DNA from: Amoebidium appalachense
Taxonomy: Eukaryota; Protista; Ichthyosporea
DNA: 64,000 nucleotides
Assembly (NCBI GenBank): GCA_963693365.1
Contig: CAVNZM010000002.1
Span: forward strand, 1,748,415-1,812,414
Direction: 5' to 3'
The translations under genes were made by a program, and so were the position numbers. This document shows, in pieces, positions 35,283 to 59,018 of the stretch; within the stretch, counting starts at the first letter, position 1; each line of letters begins with the position of its first letter. The notes below the pieces were generated by a model. It ran no database searches. It was not told the origin of the DNA and was given only the letters and a program-made list of their open reading frames with translations.

Positions 35283-36722
35283 ACAGGGACGTTGTGATGG
35301 TGCATGCCGGCAAGCATGGGCGGACCATTGTGTTTGTGGAGACAAAGAGGGAGGCTAACGACCTTGGTCTTACCTCAGTCATGAACATTGAATGCCAGGT
35401 GCAAACACAACCCCCCCTCCCCTCCCCCCCCCCCCCCCCCCCCTCCCATCCCCTGTTTTCCCCGTCTCCCCCCCCCCCCCCCCCCCCCCCCCCCCGGACA
35501 CACACACACCTTCCTATCTCTTTCTCTCTCTCCCCCCCTCCCTCCCTCCCTCCCCAACACACACACACACACACACACACATTCACTCACCCACCAATCC
35601 TGTACCTACCCTACCTTCCATTTTTGTTCGCATCCTCCCTTGGAAGACAACCACGAGAGTGAGCCGTCCCCTCTTCTCTCTGAGGATGGGCTCTGCCTAT
35701 TATGCATACTCTGTGTGTGGTTTGCACTATGCATCATGTCGTTGTGTATGTGCACTCGGTACTCTTAACTGTGTTCTAACCTTTCAATCCCTCCCCCCCC
35801 CCCCCCCCCCCCCCCCCCCAATCTCTCACCGACCTTCACCACCACCACCACCACCACCACCACCACCACCACCCCCCGCCCCCTCCAACTTTCTTCTTTT
35901 CTTTTTCTTTTCTTTGTTCTTTTTCTTTCTTTCTTTCTTTTCTTTCTTCCCCGCCAATCATTTTCCTAGGTTCTGCACGGTGATATTGCACAGAAGCAGC
36001 GTGAGACGACACTACAGGGATTCCGCGACGGCACATTCCGATGCCTCATAGCTACGGATGTTGCTGCACGTGGACTGGACATTCCAGAGGTGGGTAAATT
36101 CCTGCTGCAGCTGCACCCATTCGAGATCTAGGGCGACATTGGTTTGGACAAACTTGATAAACTTAGGAGAGATCCATGGTCCTTTTATGGTAACTCGCTG
36201 CTTTCGGCCTGCAAAAATCCCCTCCCCCCCCCCTCCCCCCCCCCCCCCCCCTCCTCCACCTCCCTTCCTCCACACATGCACGCGTGCGGCAAGCCACACT
36301 CACGCTTGTACTAACTCACATACATACACACAAAAAACACACACACACACATACACACACGCACACACACGTATACGTACACCTCACAGGTTGACGTCGT
36401 AGTGAACTGTGAGCCCCCCAAGGACGTAGACACGTACGTGCACAGGTCAGGCCGTACGGGCCGTGCAGGCAAGCGGGGGGTGTGCATCACCTTCTACACC
36501 CCCCAGCAGGAGCACATGCTGCGCATCATTGAGAAGAGAACAGGTGTGTGTGTGTGTGTGTGCGTGTGCGTGTGCGTGTGCTTGTGCGTGTGTATGTGTA
36601 TGTGTGCTTGTAGGGTGAGTGAGTGTGTGTGCATGTGTGTGTGTGTGTGTGTGTAGGGTGGGGTGGGTGTGAGGACGTGCATGGGCATGCGTGTGTGTCT
36701 GTGTGCTTGTGGGATGGGTGAA

Positions 36723-36761
<39 letters not shown>

Positions 36762-36911
36762 GCGTGTGCTTGTGCGTGTGTATGTGTATGTGTGCTTGTA
36801 GGGTGAGTGAGTGTGTGTGCATGTGTGTGTGTGTGTGTGTGTGTAGGGTGGGGTGGGTGTGAGGACGTGCATGGGCATGCGTGTGTGTCTGTGTGCTTGT
36901 GGGATGGGTGA

Positions 36912-36985
<74 letters not shown>

Positions 36986-37685
36986 CGCGCGCGTGTGCGT
37001 GTGCGTGTGCGTGTGTGTGTCCCTTGTCTCTTGTCTCTTGACCCTTGTCCCTGTATGTGTGGGCTGGGGCAGGTTGGGTGTGTGTGTGTCCTTGGTTGTT
37101 TGAAGCAACTTACTATCTTTGCTTCCATGTTTGCTACCCTCGATTACATCACCCTCCCCCCCCCCCCCCCCCCCCCCCCTCCCCCTCCCCCCTCTTTCTC
37201 TCTCTCTTTCCCCCCTCCCCCCTCCCTCCCTCCAACCACCACCTACCCACCTACCCAGGCACCCCTTGGCTCTGCCTCCCCCTATCCCATGCCCCCACGT
37301 TGCTTCCCCTACCCTCTCCTTCCGCATCTGCTTACTGCCATGGCTTTTGGACTCTCCTGGATTTTCCTTTGTTAGAGACTTTTGCCTAATTGGCTATTCA
37401 GTTTCTTTTTGAGTGTCTGACTTGGCTATGTGATTGAGCTTTTGCACATGGTTGTATTTGTCTCTGTCCATGTGCTTTGTACCACCCTTTTCTTCTTTCG
37501 TGTTATCTTCTTCCTGCTCTTTGCTGCATGCTAACCCCCCCCCCCCCCCTCCTCTCTGCAGGCATCAGTCTCAAGCGCATTGGCCCCCCCAGCCCCATCA
37601 GATCATGCATGCCATTGGCAAGGATGCTATGAAATCCCTCGAGGCGGTAATGAAACCCCCTCCCCTCCCCTCCCCTCCAGCCCCC

Positions 37686-37753
<68 letters not shown>

Positions 37754-38255
37754 GCGCGCGCGCGTGCAAATACTCAAGCATACTCCATGCACGAAGAACA
37801 ACATATTGTGCAGGGGGGGGGGAGGGGGGATCCTACCTTTTTTTTTTTTTCCCCTGTTTCCTCGCGTGCAAAATTTCCTCACTTTCACCCGCACAACACA
37901 CAAGAATGGTTTAGAACCGAAGCCAGGCATATCAAGGCATGTTGTTTGCCTCGTGTTGGCACGTACCTTCTGAAATCGCTGGCGGGGGGGGGGGGAGGGG
38001 GGAGGGGGGGTCCCTCGGTTTTTTTATGATGTGGTAGCAAAACAATGTCTGCTCACATTTGCCTACCACACACACACACACACACACACAGGTGCCTGCC
38101 GAGATCCTTCCCCACTTTGAGACCTTGGCCCAGGAGCTGATTGAGTCGAAGGGTGCCCTGCCCTCATTGGCTGCTGCACTGGCCCACATCTCGGGATACA
38201 CAGAGATCAAGGTGCGTGTCAGGTCTTCATTTTTTCACTTTTGTTTTTGCAAGCA

Positions 38256-38291
<36 letters not shown>

Positions 38292-38838
38292 AATTGCGTA
38301 CGATGAGTTGTTTGTCTTTTAGTCTGCTTATGGTGCTTATTTTCTTGTTTGGGTGAACATTGGTAACACGTTTACTGCTTGCTTCTGATCTTGGTACTAA
38401 TCCCTCCCCCCTCCTCCCCTTCCCCCCCCCCCCCCCCCCCCCCCCCCCGCATCGTGTTATCCGTTTGTTCTTGTGTACTTCGTACTTTTTTACGCATTCA
38501 AACCCCTCCCCCCACACACACACATACACAAACACACAGACACGGTCTCTGCTCAATGCTAGTGACGGCTATGTGACGTACATGCTGGCGGTTACCTATG
38601 AGGTCAGAGGCACTGGTTTCTTCTGGAACATCATCGAAAGACACGTACAGCCCCCTTCCCCCTCCCTTCCCCCCCCCTCCCCTCGGGGCCCCCTTCCTCC
38701 CCACCCCCTCTTCCCCCATGTTCAAGTCGCACAAGAGGTGAACGAGTTGAGCTTGCTAGCTGTAGGGGTGTGGGCAATGGGCCCCGTCTGATGTCCTTTG
38801 TTCAAGTGTTCTCTTGCTGTACAAACACTTTGATTTCG

Positions 38839-38874
<36 letters not shown>

Positions 38875-39055
38875 TTTGCTATGTCTCCATGCCTTTTTTT
38901 CTAGTGTGCTGCCTCTTCGTGTATTCAATTCCCCCCCCTTCCCCCCCCTCCCCCCCCCCCCCCCCCCCTTTGAGAATGACTTTACCTATGATATATAGTC
39001 TTCGTGCATGCCTCAAATTTGCACACTGCGTCGTGCTGTCCGTCTTTGCCACCCC

Positions 39056-39146
<91 letters not shown>

Positions 39147-39609
39147 GAAGAAGAAGTAGTAGTAGTAGTAGTAGAAGAAGAAAGGGGATGCAGGGGTTTG
39201 CACCGTTATTCCTACTCACATTTTTCTCGTTTCCACAGCTTGGAGAGGAAATTAAGGCGGCAGTCAAGGGCATGCGCATGTGTGCGGACAAGATGAGCTG
39301 TGTGTTCGACATACCCTCAGACCAGGCTGACGGGGTCAAGGAGCTGTGGCAGGACGACAGAAACTGCACCCTCACACAGCCCACTGAGCTGCCTGAGTTG
39401 ATCGAGCCCACATTCACACAACGTAAGTGTGCCCAACACACCAGGTTCCTTCTTTTTGTTTTTTGGTGTGTGTGTGTTTGGGTCGTGGTGGTGGTGGTGA
39501 TGGGTAGATGTAGAGGGGGGGGGGGGGGGGGGGGGGGTGAGAGAGAGTTTTATCGTCTACCCTATTCTTCAGCAAACCCCCCGTCCCTTCCCCCTCCCCT
39601 CCCCCCTCG

Positions 39610-39643
<34 letters not shown>

Positions 39644-39971
39644 TGAACACGCGTATGTGCATAGGTGGCTTTTAGGAGTATGACATTTCCCCCTTTAACT
39701 AATTGAGTGATCTTTTTGCCTGTACTGATTTGTGTTTCACCGCAGAATCCGAGGGTGGTTGGGATCGGGGCGGCAGGGGTGGCCGTGGAGGTCGAGGGGG
39801 AGGACGGGGTGGATATGGAAGGGATGGGGGGGATAGAAGAGAGTGGAATGGTAATGGCAGGGGAGGGGAGGGGGTGGAAGGGGTGGTGGAAGGGGAGGGT
39901 TTTCAAGAGGCGGGAGAGGAGCAGGTGGGAGGGGTGGGGGGAGAGGTGGGGGCTCTGGTTTCAGAATGTGA
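28939..39971 (+). CDS. DDX21: Nucleolar DEAD-box RNA helicase DDX21/DDX50-like (K/E-rich N-terminus, GUCT domain, RGG tail), 16 exons
   Basis: Exons: 28939-29245, 29810-29968, 30775-30905, 31271-31349, 32439-32526, 32921-33029, 33746-33829, 34460-34560, 35287-35398, 35970-36089, 36390-36543, 37562-37646, 38092-38211, 38540-38644, 39239-39422, 39746-39971. Motifs: [71 protein letters not shown] and GUCT. 1-bp indels needed in the C-run at about 37584-37590 and in the G-rich tail near 39860. Confidence 0.95.
30472..30528. repeat. 28-bp tandem duplication
   Basis: GTTATGTATGTGCGTGTTTGTGTGGGAG occurs twice. Confidence 0.85.
32026..32254. mobile_element. MITE with TTAA flanks (Kolobok- or piggyBac-like) in DDX21 intron 4
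   Basis: TTAA|GGTCTATGTCGGAGTTTCTCGA ... TCGAGAAACCCCGACATAGTCG|TTAA; imperfect TIR of about 22 bp. Confidence 0.65.
36545..36920. repeat. Tandem duplication (period about 190 bp) of degenerate (GT)n sequence
   Basis: The block ...CTTGTAGGGTGAGTGAG...GAGGACGTGCATGGGCATGCG...GGGATGGGTGAATT occurs twice. Confidence 0.85.
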
Positions 39972-40140
39972 AGCAATTGTGTGTGCCAAGGGAGGCGGGA
40001 GTTAATAGTGCGACAGGATTTTCCTGACGTGATGCGAGAAGCATGATGTAGGTTGCTGAATTGTTGTTTCTACTGTGCCGAATATAAATGGATATTGTAT
40101 GGGTTTTCTTTTGTTTTGTTCTCTTTGGGGGTGGATGTGT

Positions 40141-40173
<33 letters not shown>

Positions 40174-42010
40174 TTGCGCGTGTATAGAAGGGTGGTGTGG
40201 TGGGAGGAATTGATGTTATTTGATCGAGACGGTGTATAATGGCGATAAAATGAAAAATTGATAGCTGCTAATGCTATGTATAACGATAGAAACTGATATG
40301 GTTTCAATAGGTGCCTTGCTGTTTTATCACACATATAGAAACTTTGATTTCTCAGCACAACTGTCGCCTAAATTTAGTTACGCTGTTAGAGTAGCACTTG
40401 GAACTGTTGTGGCTATTTGCGTAATGCCAATGGCAATACATAGAGGTGTGTCGATGTGTTATTTTTTTCCTTTTTTCGTGCGTCCTTCTTTTTGGCATTT
40501 TGCTTGCTGCCAAGTAACGACGCATAGTACTAACTGCATCTGCATTTAGAACATCACATAGATGACCTACCATGGAACACGGTGGCACAGGTGGCTACAG
40601 ATGTGAACACATGCAGCTTTTTAAGTAGAAATTGTGTCACAGCACATCATGCTAGACCCGCGTATTCATGTGCATACAATATAAACACCACCGTAATTGT
40701 CCATGCAAAGCAGCGCGAATTTTTGTGCTCAGCTGCACGTGGCACTAGCTGCGGTAGCCCATGTTTGGGGGCTTTGAGCTGTTAAGCCCCCCCCCCCCCC
40801 CCCCCCCCCCTCCCCGCGTGCCCAATCGAGTCCTCTCTTTTTCGCACAGTGTCGCCGTGTGTCTTCATTTTTTATTTTTTTTTATCGCGTCGACTCGAGC
40901 GCTCTCTAATATGAGTTCCGAGTCTCTATGTAATAACCTCCCTAGGCGCTCTCCCTCGAGCTAGCCTCTCCTTAGCTGTCTCTGAGAGAGAACATGTGTG
41001 TGTACGTATATATTAGACCTCGGCACATACCTTGTATGTTGCCGTAGGCGACAGTCACTAGACAAAGTGTCTGATTGCGCAAACAAATTTAAAATTACAG
41101 CATATGATTGGTTCAAAGTCGCATTATTCCTATTTGACCTACAAGATAAGCAAGCGTTCCGATTGCCCAACAGGAATTCATAGACCCAACCGGAGACGTC
41201 CCGCGGCGTAGTGCCCGGCCACTTACGTAAGCCAGTGGGTACATAGCCTTGGAGACTAACGACACGAGTCATTTTAGGTAAAATTACAGTGGAATTACAA
41301 ACCGTTTTCTTCTCTAAAATTTGGACACCATGTAACACGACCCTTCCACCCACACACCCCGGAAAATGCACAAACACAAACACCCCAACACCACACGTAA
41401 ACAGAGAGGTATACGTAGAGCCCCACCGAAACCCAAATTTGTTAACCACACACACACACAGCCAGCATGCCCAGCCTGCAGACATATCCACAGAACCAAC
41501 GTTAACAGTGCTACCCATGCAACACTAGGCTCCTAGACCACGACATGTACACCGTAGCCACCCTCTATGTACAACACCATATTCTGCTAGGCCCGTAGCA
41601 ACCCACCACCACCAGACCCCACCATCCATATCCATATATCCCCCGTAGGCCCCACCCACACACACACCACACATTCCACCACTTTAGACGAACCAAAGAG
41701 AGCCCGGTTGTAAAGTTTATTCGTAGGTCTTGAGTGGAGGGAAGCCTGGTGCTACCCACCGGCGTGGCTGGGGTGAATACCCTGGGCTAAGTGTGTGCAG
41801 ATAGTTAGGATTGTTAAGGGTGTGTTAGCTTAGCTAATAATACCGTAGCATCCTAGCTATAACTGTGGGTGCTGGCCATGGGTGGAAGACGGTAGTTCCC
41901 CATGAGTGAGGGCCTGGCCCAAGGGGTCCCTCCGGGAACAAAACGGGATAAAAAAAAAAATGCTAATTAGTATACATTATGTGTGTGTGTGGGTGGTGGT
42001 GGTCCTGGGT

Positions 42011-42044
<34 letters not shown>

Positions 42045-43141
42045 CAAGGCTAATTGGAGTTCGCTCACACGTGTACATGGAAGCTGCACTGCAGCATATT
42101 TACGTACTGTGGTGTCCTTGCTAATCGCTGTAATCCGTCTTGAGGCCGGGTGTCTGTGTCCGACACACCAGTATTCAGCTCCAGTATTCAGGGTCGCTTT
42201 CAAGCACAAGCGCTACTTGAAGCGGCCGGCTTCTGATCAGCGGCCGACTCGCGATCGTGGCTGCAGGCAGTGCAGGGGCCCGGCCAGCTGGCCGGTATTT
42301 GAGCTACCTGAATTATTGGGTGGGTGTAGGTTGTACATGTACGCAACTAGTTGTGCTGGGGTCACGCTCGCCGAAGGCAGTCATTTATGTGTATACGCAG
42401 TTGCAATTGTGTGTGCTTTGTGTGCGTGTGCGTGCGTGTTTATGTGCGTGCGTGCGTGCGTCTGGTGCGTGCCTGATCACGGGTGCGTGCGTGCATGCGT
42501 GCGTGCGCGCGCGCTTGCGTATGTGCATGCTGGGTGCCTGCGTGCATGCATGCGTGCGTGTTCTCGTGTGCGTGCGTGGGTGTGGGTGTACCTGCATGCA
42601 TATGTCCCACGGTGAGGCTTCTCGTTACCCCTAGGCCTGGGCCCAGCTAATATAGGCCTGTAATCATTGCACTGGGAGTCTCAGATCGTGCGGGGAAGTT
42701 TTCCCGCCAAAACGTCCCTCGAGTAGTCTGAACTAATGACGTCATAGCTCTTATGTTGGTGTTGTTTAGCACGGACGAGAATCGTTCTCGGGAACTACGT
42801 TCTTCGCATTGATGATGGGGACCAAATCGAGAAAGGTTATTCATGATTCATATTCATGTTGTTGACTTGGGCTGCCTTTCTTTGTTTTCCCACGCTAATT
42901 TTAGCTATTGATCTCAGCAACAGCTCCCTCTCCAATTCCACTTTCCAACAAACATTTCCATCTGGCACCGCCCTTGTTCTTGACAATCGATTCGCACCAG
43001 TGTTTTGACACACAAACAAGAGTTGTTTTCATCAGCAGATACTTTCTCTCAGGGAGAACGAGAAAGAAGGTTCTTTCTCATGATAATAAATCACCACCCC
43101 TGGTATCACCACTACATCTCCACGTTCTAATCTTCGAAACC

Positions 43142-43315
43142 ATGAGTACCCTCGAGCTTTTGTCCGCTGTTGAGGAATTTGAAAAAAATGGGCTATCCAT
43201 GTTTGAGCGCATGGTGGACACGGCAAATGAGCTGTGCGAAAAAGAGGCCGCCCGCCCTCAGTGCAGAGGCAGAGGCCCTGAAAAGAGACCGCACAAAGTT
43301 GAACAAGGAGAGGTG

Positions 43316-43346
<31 letters not shown>

Positions 43347-45101
43347 TGTCACCCCCTTTCCCTTCAAAACATTTAACCATTGCCTCTCTCAACCCCTTGC
43401 GTAAATTTGGTGTCCCCTCCCCCCTCCCCCCTCCCCTCCCTACCCTTCCCCCACCCCCCCCCCCCCCTCCTCCTCCTCCTCCCTCCCCCCCCCTCCTCCT
43501 TCACTTCTAGTGAGTCTGTTCCTGCCTGCTCTTGTGTTTCTCTTGGACCTCTTTCATACCACCAGCATGCAGCTGCATGGCTCATCTTCTTATGCGTTCT
43601 TTTTCCGTAACAAACACTGTCCTTTGCACCGGACCTCTCCTCTCCCTATTTTCAAGTGTAGCCGCTGTGACATGTGATAAGCCAAAATGGTGGTATTAAT
43701 ATGAGTACTCAACAAACCTTTCTTTCTTGCGGGTGCACAGGCAGGGAGCGGTTTGCAGCCGAGTGCGAGTCTGTGTGCCAGCTCACCCAGCAACTTACCG
43801 ACCAGATTGTTCTCGACGTGGGTGGCTGCCGCTTCCACACCACCTGCCAGACCCTGTGTTCGGTGCCGGGCTCCATGTTGGCCGCTTGTTTCAGCGGCCG
43901 CCACACACTCCAGACCCAACCGGACGGCTCTGTTTTTATCGACCGGTCACCCATTCTCTTTGAATACGTGCTCGATTTCCCTTCGTATGGGCGGAATCCA
44001 GTCGCTACTGCCGAAGGATGAGAATGCGAAAGAACGGCTGCGGGCCGAGATTGAGTTTTTCTGTTTGCCGTGGCCCGGCGCAGAACCTCCAATCGTGGAC
44101 CTGTGCCGTGGGGAGCCCCAATGCATCGTGTTGGACACGGAAATAGGCACTGAGTCAGATAGCGCTGTGGGAGTTTGCTTGTCCTCAAAGCATAATCGCT
44201 TACTGACCACAATGGAACAGGTCTTCACGTGTAATCTTTGGGACACTACGACCGGTAAGGTGTTGAGAACACGGCCGGCGGATGACTACAGTACGTTTTT
44301 GGAACCCTTGAGAAATTATTCATCGACCACCGCCAGACGTATGTTGTAGGCGTTTATGAGAGTTACGATGATGTCGAGACCGTCACGGTGGTCCTTTACA
44401 GCCTGGTGGATGGGATAATGGAAAAGTCGATCCCTGTAAATGAAAACACACGCCACGAATGGATTGTGCTCCTGCGAGGTGATACGCTGATACTAAAAAC
44501 AAAGGGCGGAAAGGAGATCTATGCGCAGAGAATCACAACAGGTGATGTACTTTGGCAGATGACACCTGATGCCGCAGATCCCACGGCATTCCCAGACGAA
44601 GTTCAAGGGCAGCATAGTGATGAGGTGTTTGTTGGATTCACACGGAGTTTCGGGAATCAATTCATTTGCGTATACGACCTCAACACCGGCACGGAACTGT
44701 ATCGAAGGTGGAGCAAAAAGGATAGGCAGACGCTGTGGCTGTCGGGCAAGCAGCTCAGCATGTTGAGTCTTAGCAATTCACTTAACACAAACCGGAACAT
44801 GGTCGTGTATGAATCGTGGGATGAGAAGGGCATTGTTCTGGTTCCAGCAACCACGCTAATAACGCCGAGCAGGGACGAGAATCGTTATTCTTTGAGCTTC
44901 CACGGGCCTAATGTTTTCTCGATGGCAACTAATACAGGCCTGAACGTGTACGTGCTGAACCACCCAACCCCGTGTACTGTTGCTGTTGCAGAGTGCTTGA
45001 TGTTGAATTTGCGCCAGAAAGATGAGAGCTGGTTTGATACAAGGTTTAGTGGTGCATCTATGGTGGCTGTGGGGTACGATGGCAAGGCAAGGGTTTGGTA
45101 G
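43142..45101 (+). CDS. Coiled-coil + BTB/POZ (KCTD-type) + beta-rich/propeller-like protein; one intron (43313-43744); three frameshifts (assembly error or pseudogene)
   Basis: QIVLDVGGCRFHTTCQTLCSVPGSMLAACFSGRH...DGSVFIDRSPILFEYVLDF/LRMG...LRAEIEFFCL; WD-like CNLWDTTTGK, ICVYDLNTG and VGYDGKARVW. Frame changes at about 43255, 43980 and 44296-44300. Confidence 0.8.
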
Positions 45102-46110
45102 TTGCCTAAAGATGAATCTAGCAAGCGCAGGCGTCTCGGTTAGCGGTAACCATTTATGGTTGCCTATTACACAATATAAATATCATGTTGTTAGATGGGT
45201 AGAATTTTAGATGTCGATCTTGGGTTTTTGGCTTCCACATTTAGCGCTTACATGGGAACTACAGGTAATGATTAGTCCTGTTTGGAAGTTGCTTGCGGTG
45301 CGCAACGTGTAAATTAGAAACTACACGAACTGGGTAGGGAAAAAAAATCCGATGATCTTCAACCTTACTGATCCCACCGTGAGTCTCCCCCTCCCCAGCT
45401 TCTACCGGTGTCCCCCTCCCCTCCCCCTTCTTCCCCCGCGGTGTCAGACACACCAACCCACACAACTGTAACCTTAATTGATGTGCGCACAACACATATA
45501 CATGTACATGAACGTGTGCATTTGAAAAAAGCACGAACATTACGGTAAGCACATGTGCTTATAATTGCGCAAACGTTGGAACACACAGATGTGTGTTCCA
45601 CCACATGCAATTGCACACTCAAACACTCACACGCACACGCACACACAAACACCACACATGTACAGCAAACATACACACACACACACACACGTACAGCAAG
45701 CAAATGCACACACACATGTCACACGTCACATGACATACACACACACACACACGTGTCACACACACACATACGCACACACATAACCACAAGGGAATGTCGG
45801 TCCTCCAATGAAACTTGGACACAATGCATGGATCAATCATAGTTGGCCAGGCATAATTGCACCATCATATATCCAATCGACTTAAACTGAAAATACTGCG
45901 CTCAAGCGCACCCATAACACCAAAACCACCTCCACCAACCACAACCGCCACACACCACACAATTACATCCATCATCTTCCATCAGGCACTGGTGACAATA
46001 CTCTTTCATATCTCCAAATACCACCATATCCGGATCCAACCAAACACCAGATTTAATCAAGAGTCCTGATCCAACCCCGATCCGCATCCGATCAAGTGCC
46101 GATTAGGGCC

Positions 46111-55841
<9,731 letters not shown>

Positions 55842-56499
55842 GTTGCGTTGCTGCGCGGACAGGGACACGCCAAGGGTTCACTCAGCCTGTAACCGCCTCC
55901 CTTCCTACACACGCACACTTGCTTTTTTCTCTGCGTGCACAGGCCGCGCGCGGAGGCTGCACAGGCACACAGGCACACAGGCACACAGAGCGGCGGGCCA
56001 GGGCGCGGGCCGGCGGGCATCGGCGCAGGGACCGGCTCGGACATGAGCTGCTCTTCAGAAAGGCCTGGAAATCGATTACTATATATGGTGATATTGGACA
56101 GGCGGTTTGTTCAGGAACCAATCAGCCTGGATTATTTCCTGTTCTGATATTGCGAACCCCGCTGCCGTGCGTTTGTATGCACGGTGACTTGAGGTGGGGG
56201 GATAATAAACCTCGAACTGCTTCTAAAGAAAACACTGTTTCGATTTCTGCTATGATTGTCAAAACATACAACGATCATATTCTTCTGTTGGGAGAATATG
56301 TTGTTTAACTAAGTCACACGAATGGTTGCTAACGAGGTCAGACAACTCAAACCATGTTGCTAAGAAACCTCATATAGCAATGACGTCTATATACTATTAG
56401 GGCATGGTAGACTAATCAGTCTTGCAAAAGAAACAGGCTCCTGGGGCGCGGGGGAGGGGGGGGGGGGGGGGGGATGGGAGGGAAGAGTTTGGGAGGAGG

Positions 56500-56885
56500 A
56501 TTACGAAGTAAGACACGTGTGTGCTGTCAAGGTCGATAACACGCCGTCCGACGGGGTTGCTCATGAACCCATGGCGAGAAGTACGGTGTGGGTTGGGGTG
56601 GTTGTGGGGGTCCACGTAGTGATCATCGAAGGGGCACGGCACCATGAAACCGGGAGACAACCTTTCCGGAAGCCAGGCAAAACATCTGGGTTTGTAGAAA
56701 GGCGCTGGATCGCCCCCAAATTTAAAGCCTATAATGGGAGGTGGAAGATGCCACCCCACAGGCGTCTTCTCATCTTTGAGACTCTCTTTCACTGTGTGCA
56801 GGTGCGACTTGGTTGTTTCGCCCGCCGCGTCAGAAAACTCCTCTCCACCGTCATCCCCGTCCGTATTATCTTCTCCCTCTTCCTC
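56500..56885 (-). pseudogene. Coding fragment resembling the DUF6729-type domain; exon or transposon relic
   Basis: FYKPRCFAWLPERLSPGFMVPCP...RHGFMSNPVGRRVIDLDS follows an acidic tract. The pattern is recalled from memory of that family, not searched. Confidence 0.4.
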
Positions 56886-57145
56886 GTGTGCACACACACA
56901 CACACACACACGCACACACACGCACACACACACACAGAACACAAGCTTGATCCTACATAAAAAGCCCCGTCGTCTCTCTTTTGCTTTGCTCACCCTGTTT
57001 GTTAGCTCGTTTTACCTTCAACATAATTTTCTCCCCTCTTTTTTTCTCCCGAACTTTGGCAACCCTTTCCCTCTGCTCAACTATATTAGCTGCTGTTTTG
57101 TCATCGACTCGCGGCATGCCCCCCCCCCCCCCCCCCCCCCCCCCG

Positions 57146-57204
<59 letters not shown>

Positions 57205-57350
57205 ACCACCACCACCACCACCCGCCATCATTGGAAATTTAAATTAACCTGAGCTTCGAGAGACATAGAGAAATGGAGATCTTGCCGGTAGTGTTTCTTT
57301 TTCCTGTAAATATTTGGCCAATAACCCCCCCCCCCCCCCACCCACCCACC

Positions 57351-57385
<35 letters not shown>

Positions 57386-58459
57386 TACCCCCCCCCCCCC
57401 CACACACACACACACACACAACTACTAAGGAGGAAGGAAAGGATAAAATGAGAATGAACCCGACTCAGGTTGACAGTCTTCTTGGATTGAAAGGTATCAC
57501 TTACCATATAAGTGAAGAAAACATGTGATATACAAACAACAGCCCCGTTATCTATGTACCTGACATAACGCTGAGGGGTTGCACCGAGCAACCCCCCCCC
57601 CCCCCCCCCCCCCCCCCCCTTTATCTGAGACTGGTCTTAGTGTGTCGACTGAACAGAGCAAAAAGCGCCTCACACTTCGAGTTGGGTTCCGACTTCCCTC
57701 GATCCATTAGATCTCTCCTTTATCTCTTGCGGTACTATTAGTATTTTATTAGTATACGCTGCTGATCACATCTGAGTTGACTGGGCCCCAAGTTTGACAC
57801 TCATTCCCTCCCCCCCCCCCTCCTCCCCTCAGGGCCACCTCCCCCTCCCCCTCTCCCCCCCTCCCCCGCCTCTCTCTCTCTCTCTCTCTCCCTCCCCCCC
57901 CCCCCCCCTCGCTCTCTCTCTCTCTCTCCCCCCCCCCCCCCCCCCCCCACAAAAAAAAGAAAGAAAAGAAAGGGGGGGGGGGGGAACCCCCTTTTCCCCC
58001 TTCCTGCTCCCACACACACCGTGATCACACACAGAGAAAGAGGCATCCACAAGTACACATGCACGCACACATACCGGTGAATTCGAAACACACAAGCGCA
58101 CAGGTGCATACATACAGAGACATCCACGGATATCCTGGTGCACATAAAGAAAACAGCTGTTTGTAGCAGTGTTAGCTCGCGCGCGTGTGTGTGTGTGTGT
58201 GTGTGCGTGTGTGTGTGCGTGTATGTGTGTGTGGTGTGTGTGTGTGTGTGTATGTGTTCGTGTGTGTGCGTGTGACAGTCACGGTGTGTGTGCGCGTGTG
58301 TGTGCGTGCGTATGCTTGCGTGTGTGTGCGTGCGTATGCTTGCGTTTGTGTGTGTGTGTGTGTGTGTGTGTCACGTGCACGTGTGCCTCGTGTGCATGTG
58401 CGCGCTCGCATTCCACAGATGTCAGCTTCTCTATGTCTCCTTGTTTTGTTTGGTGTAGG

Positions 58460-58522
58460 TGTTTGTAGGAGGCCCGGGAGAGGGGGATCCGGAGGCTTTT
58501 CTTTTTTCTTTTCTTTTTTTTT

Positions 58523-58597
<75 letters not shown>

Positions 58598-58664
58598 GGA
58601 GGAGTTGTGTGAGGCCCGGGCAAGGGGGATCTGGTGGCTTTTTTTTTTTTTTTTTTTTTGGGTG

Positions 58665-58722
<58 letters not shown>

Positions 58723-58748
58723 TTTTTTTTGGGGGGGGGGGGGGGGGG

Positions 58749-58782
<34 letters not shown>

Positions 58783-58849
58783 GTTGTGTGAGGCCCCTAG
58801 AGGGGGATCCGGTGGCTTTTTTTCTCTTTTTTCTTTTTCTTTTCTTTTT

Positions 58850-58880
<31 letters not shown>

Positions 58881-58900
58881 GGGGGTTGGAGGAGTTGTGT
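58460..58900. repeat. Tandem array of 3-4 units with variable internal T/(GT)/G tracts
   Basis: GGAGGAGTTGTGTGAGGCCC..AGGGGGATC(C/T)GG(T/A)GGCTTTT recurs at about 58467, 58598 and 58780, with a partial copy at 58888. Confidence 0.8.
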
Positions 58901-58969
58901 GCATGTGTGTGGATTTGATTTTGTTTTGTTTTGTCTCGGCCGTGGCTAAGCTTTGCTTGCTCTTTTTTT

Positions 58970-59018
<49 letters not shown>

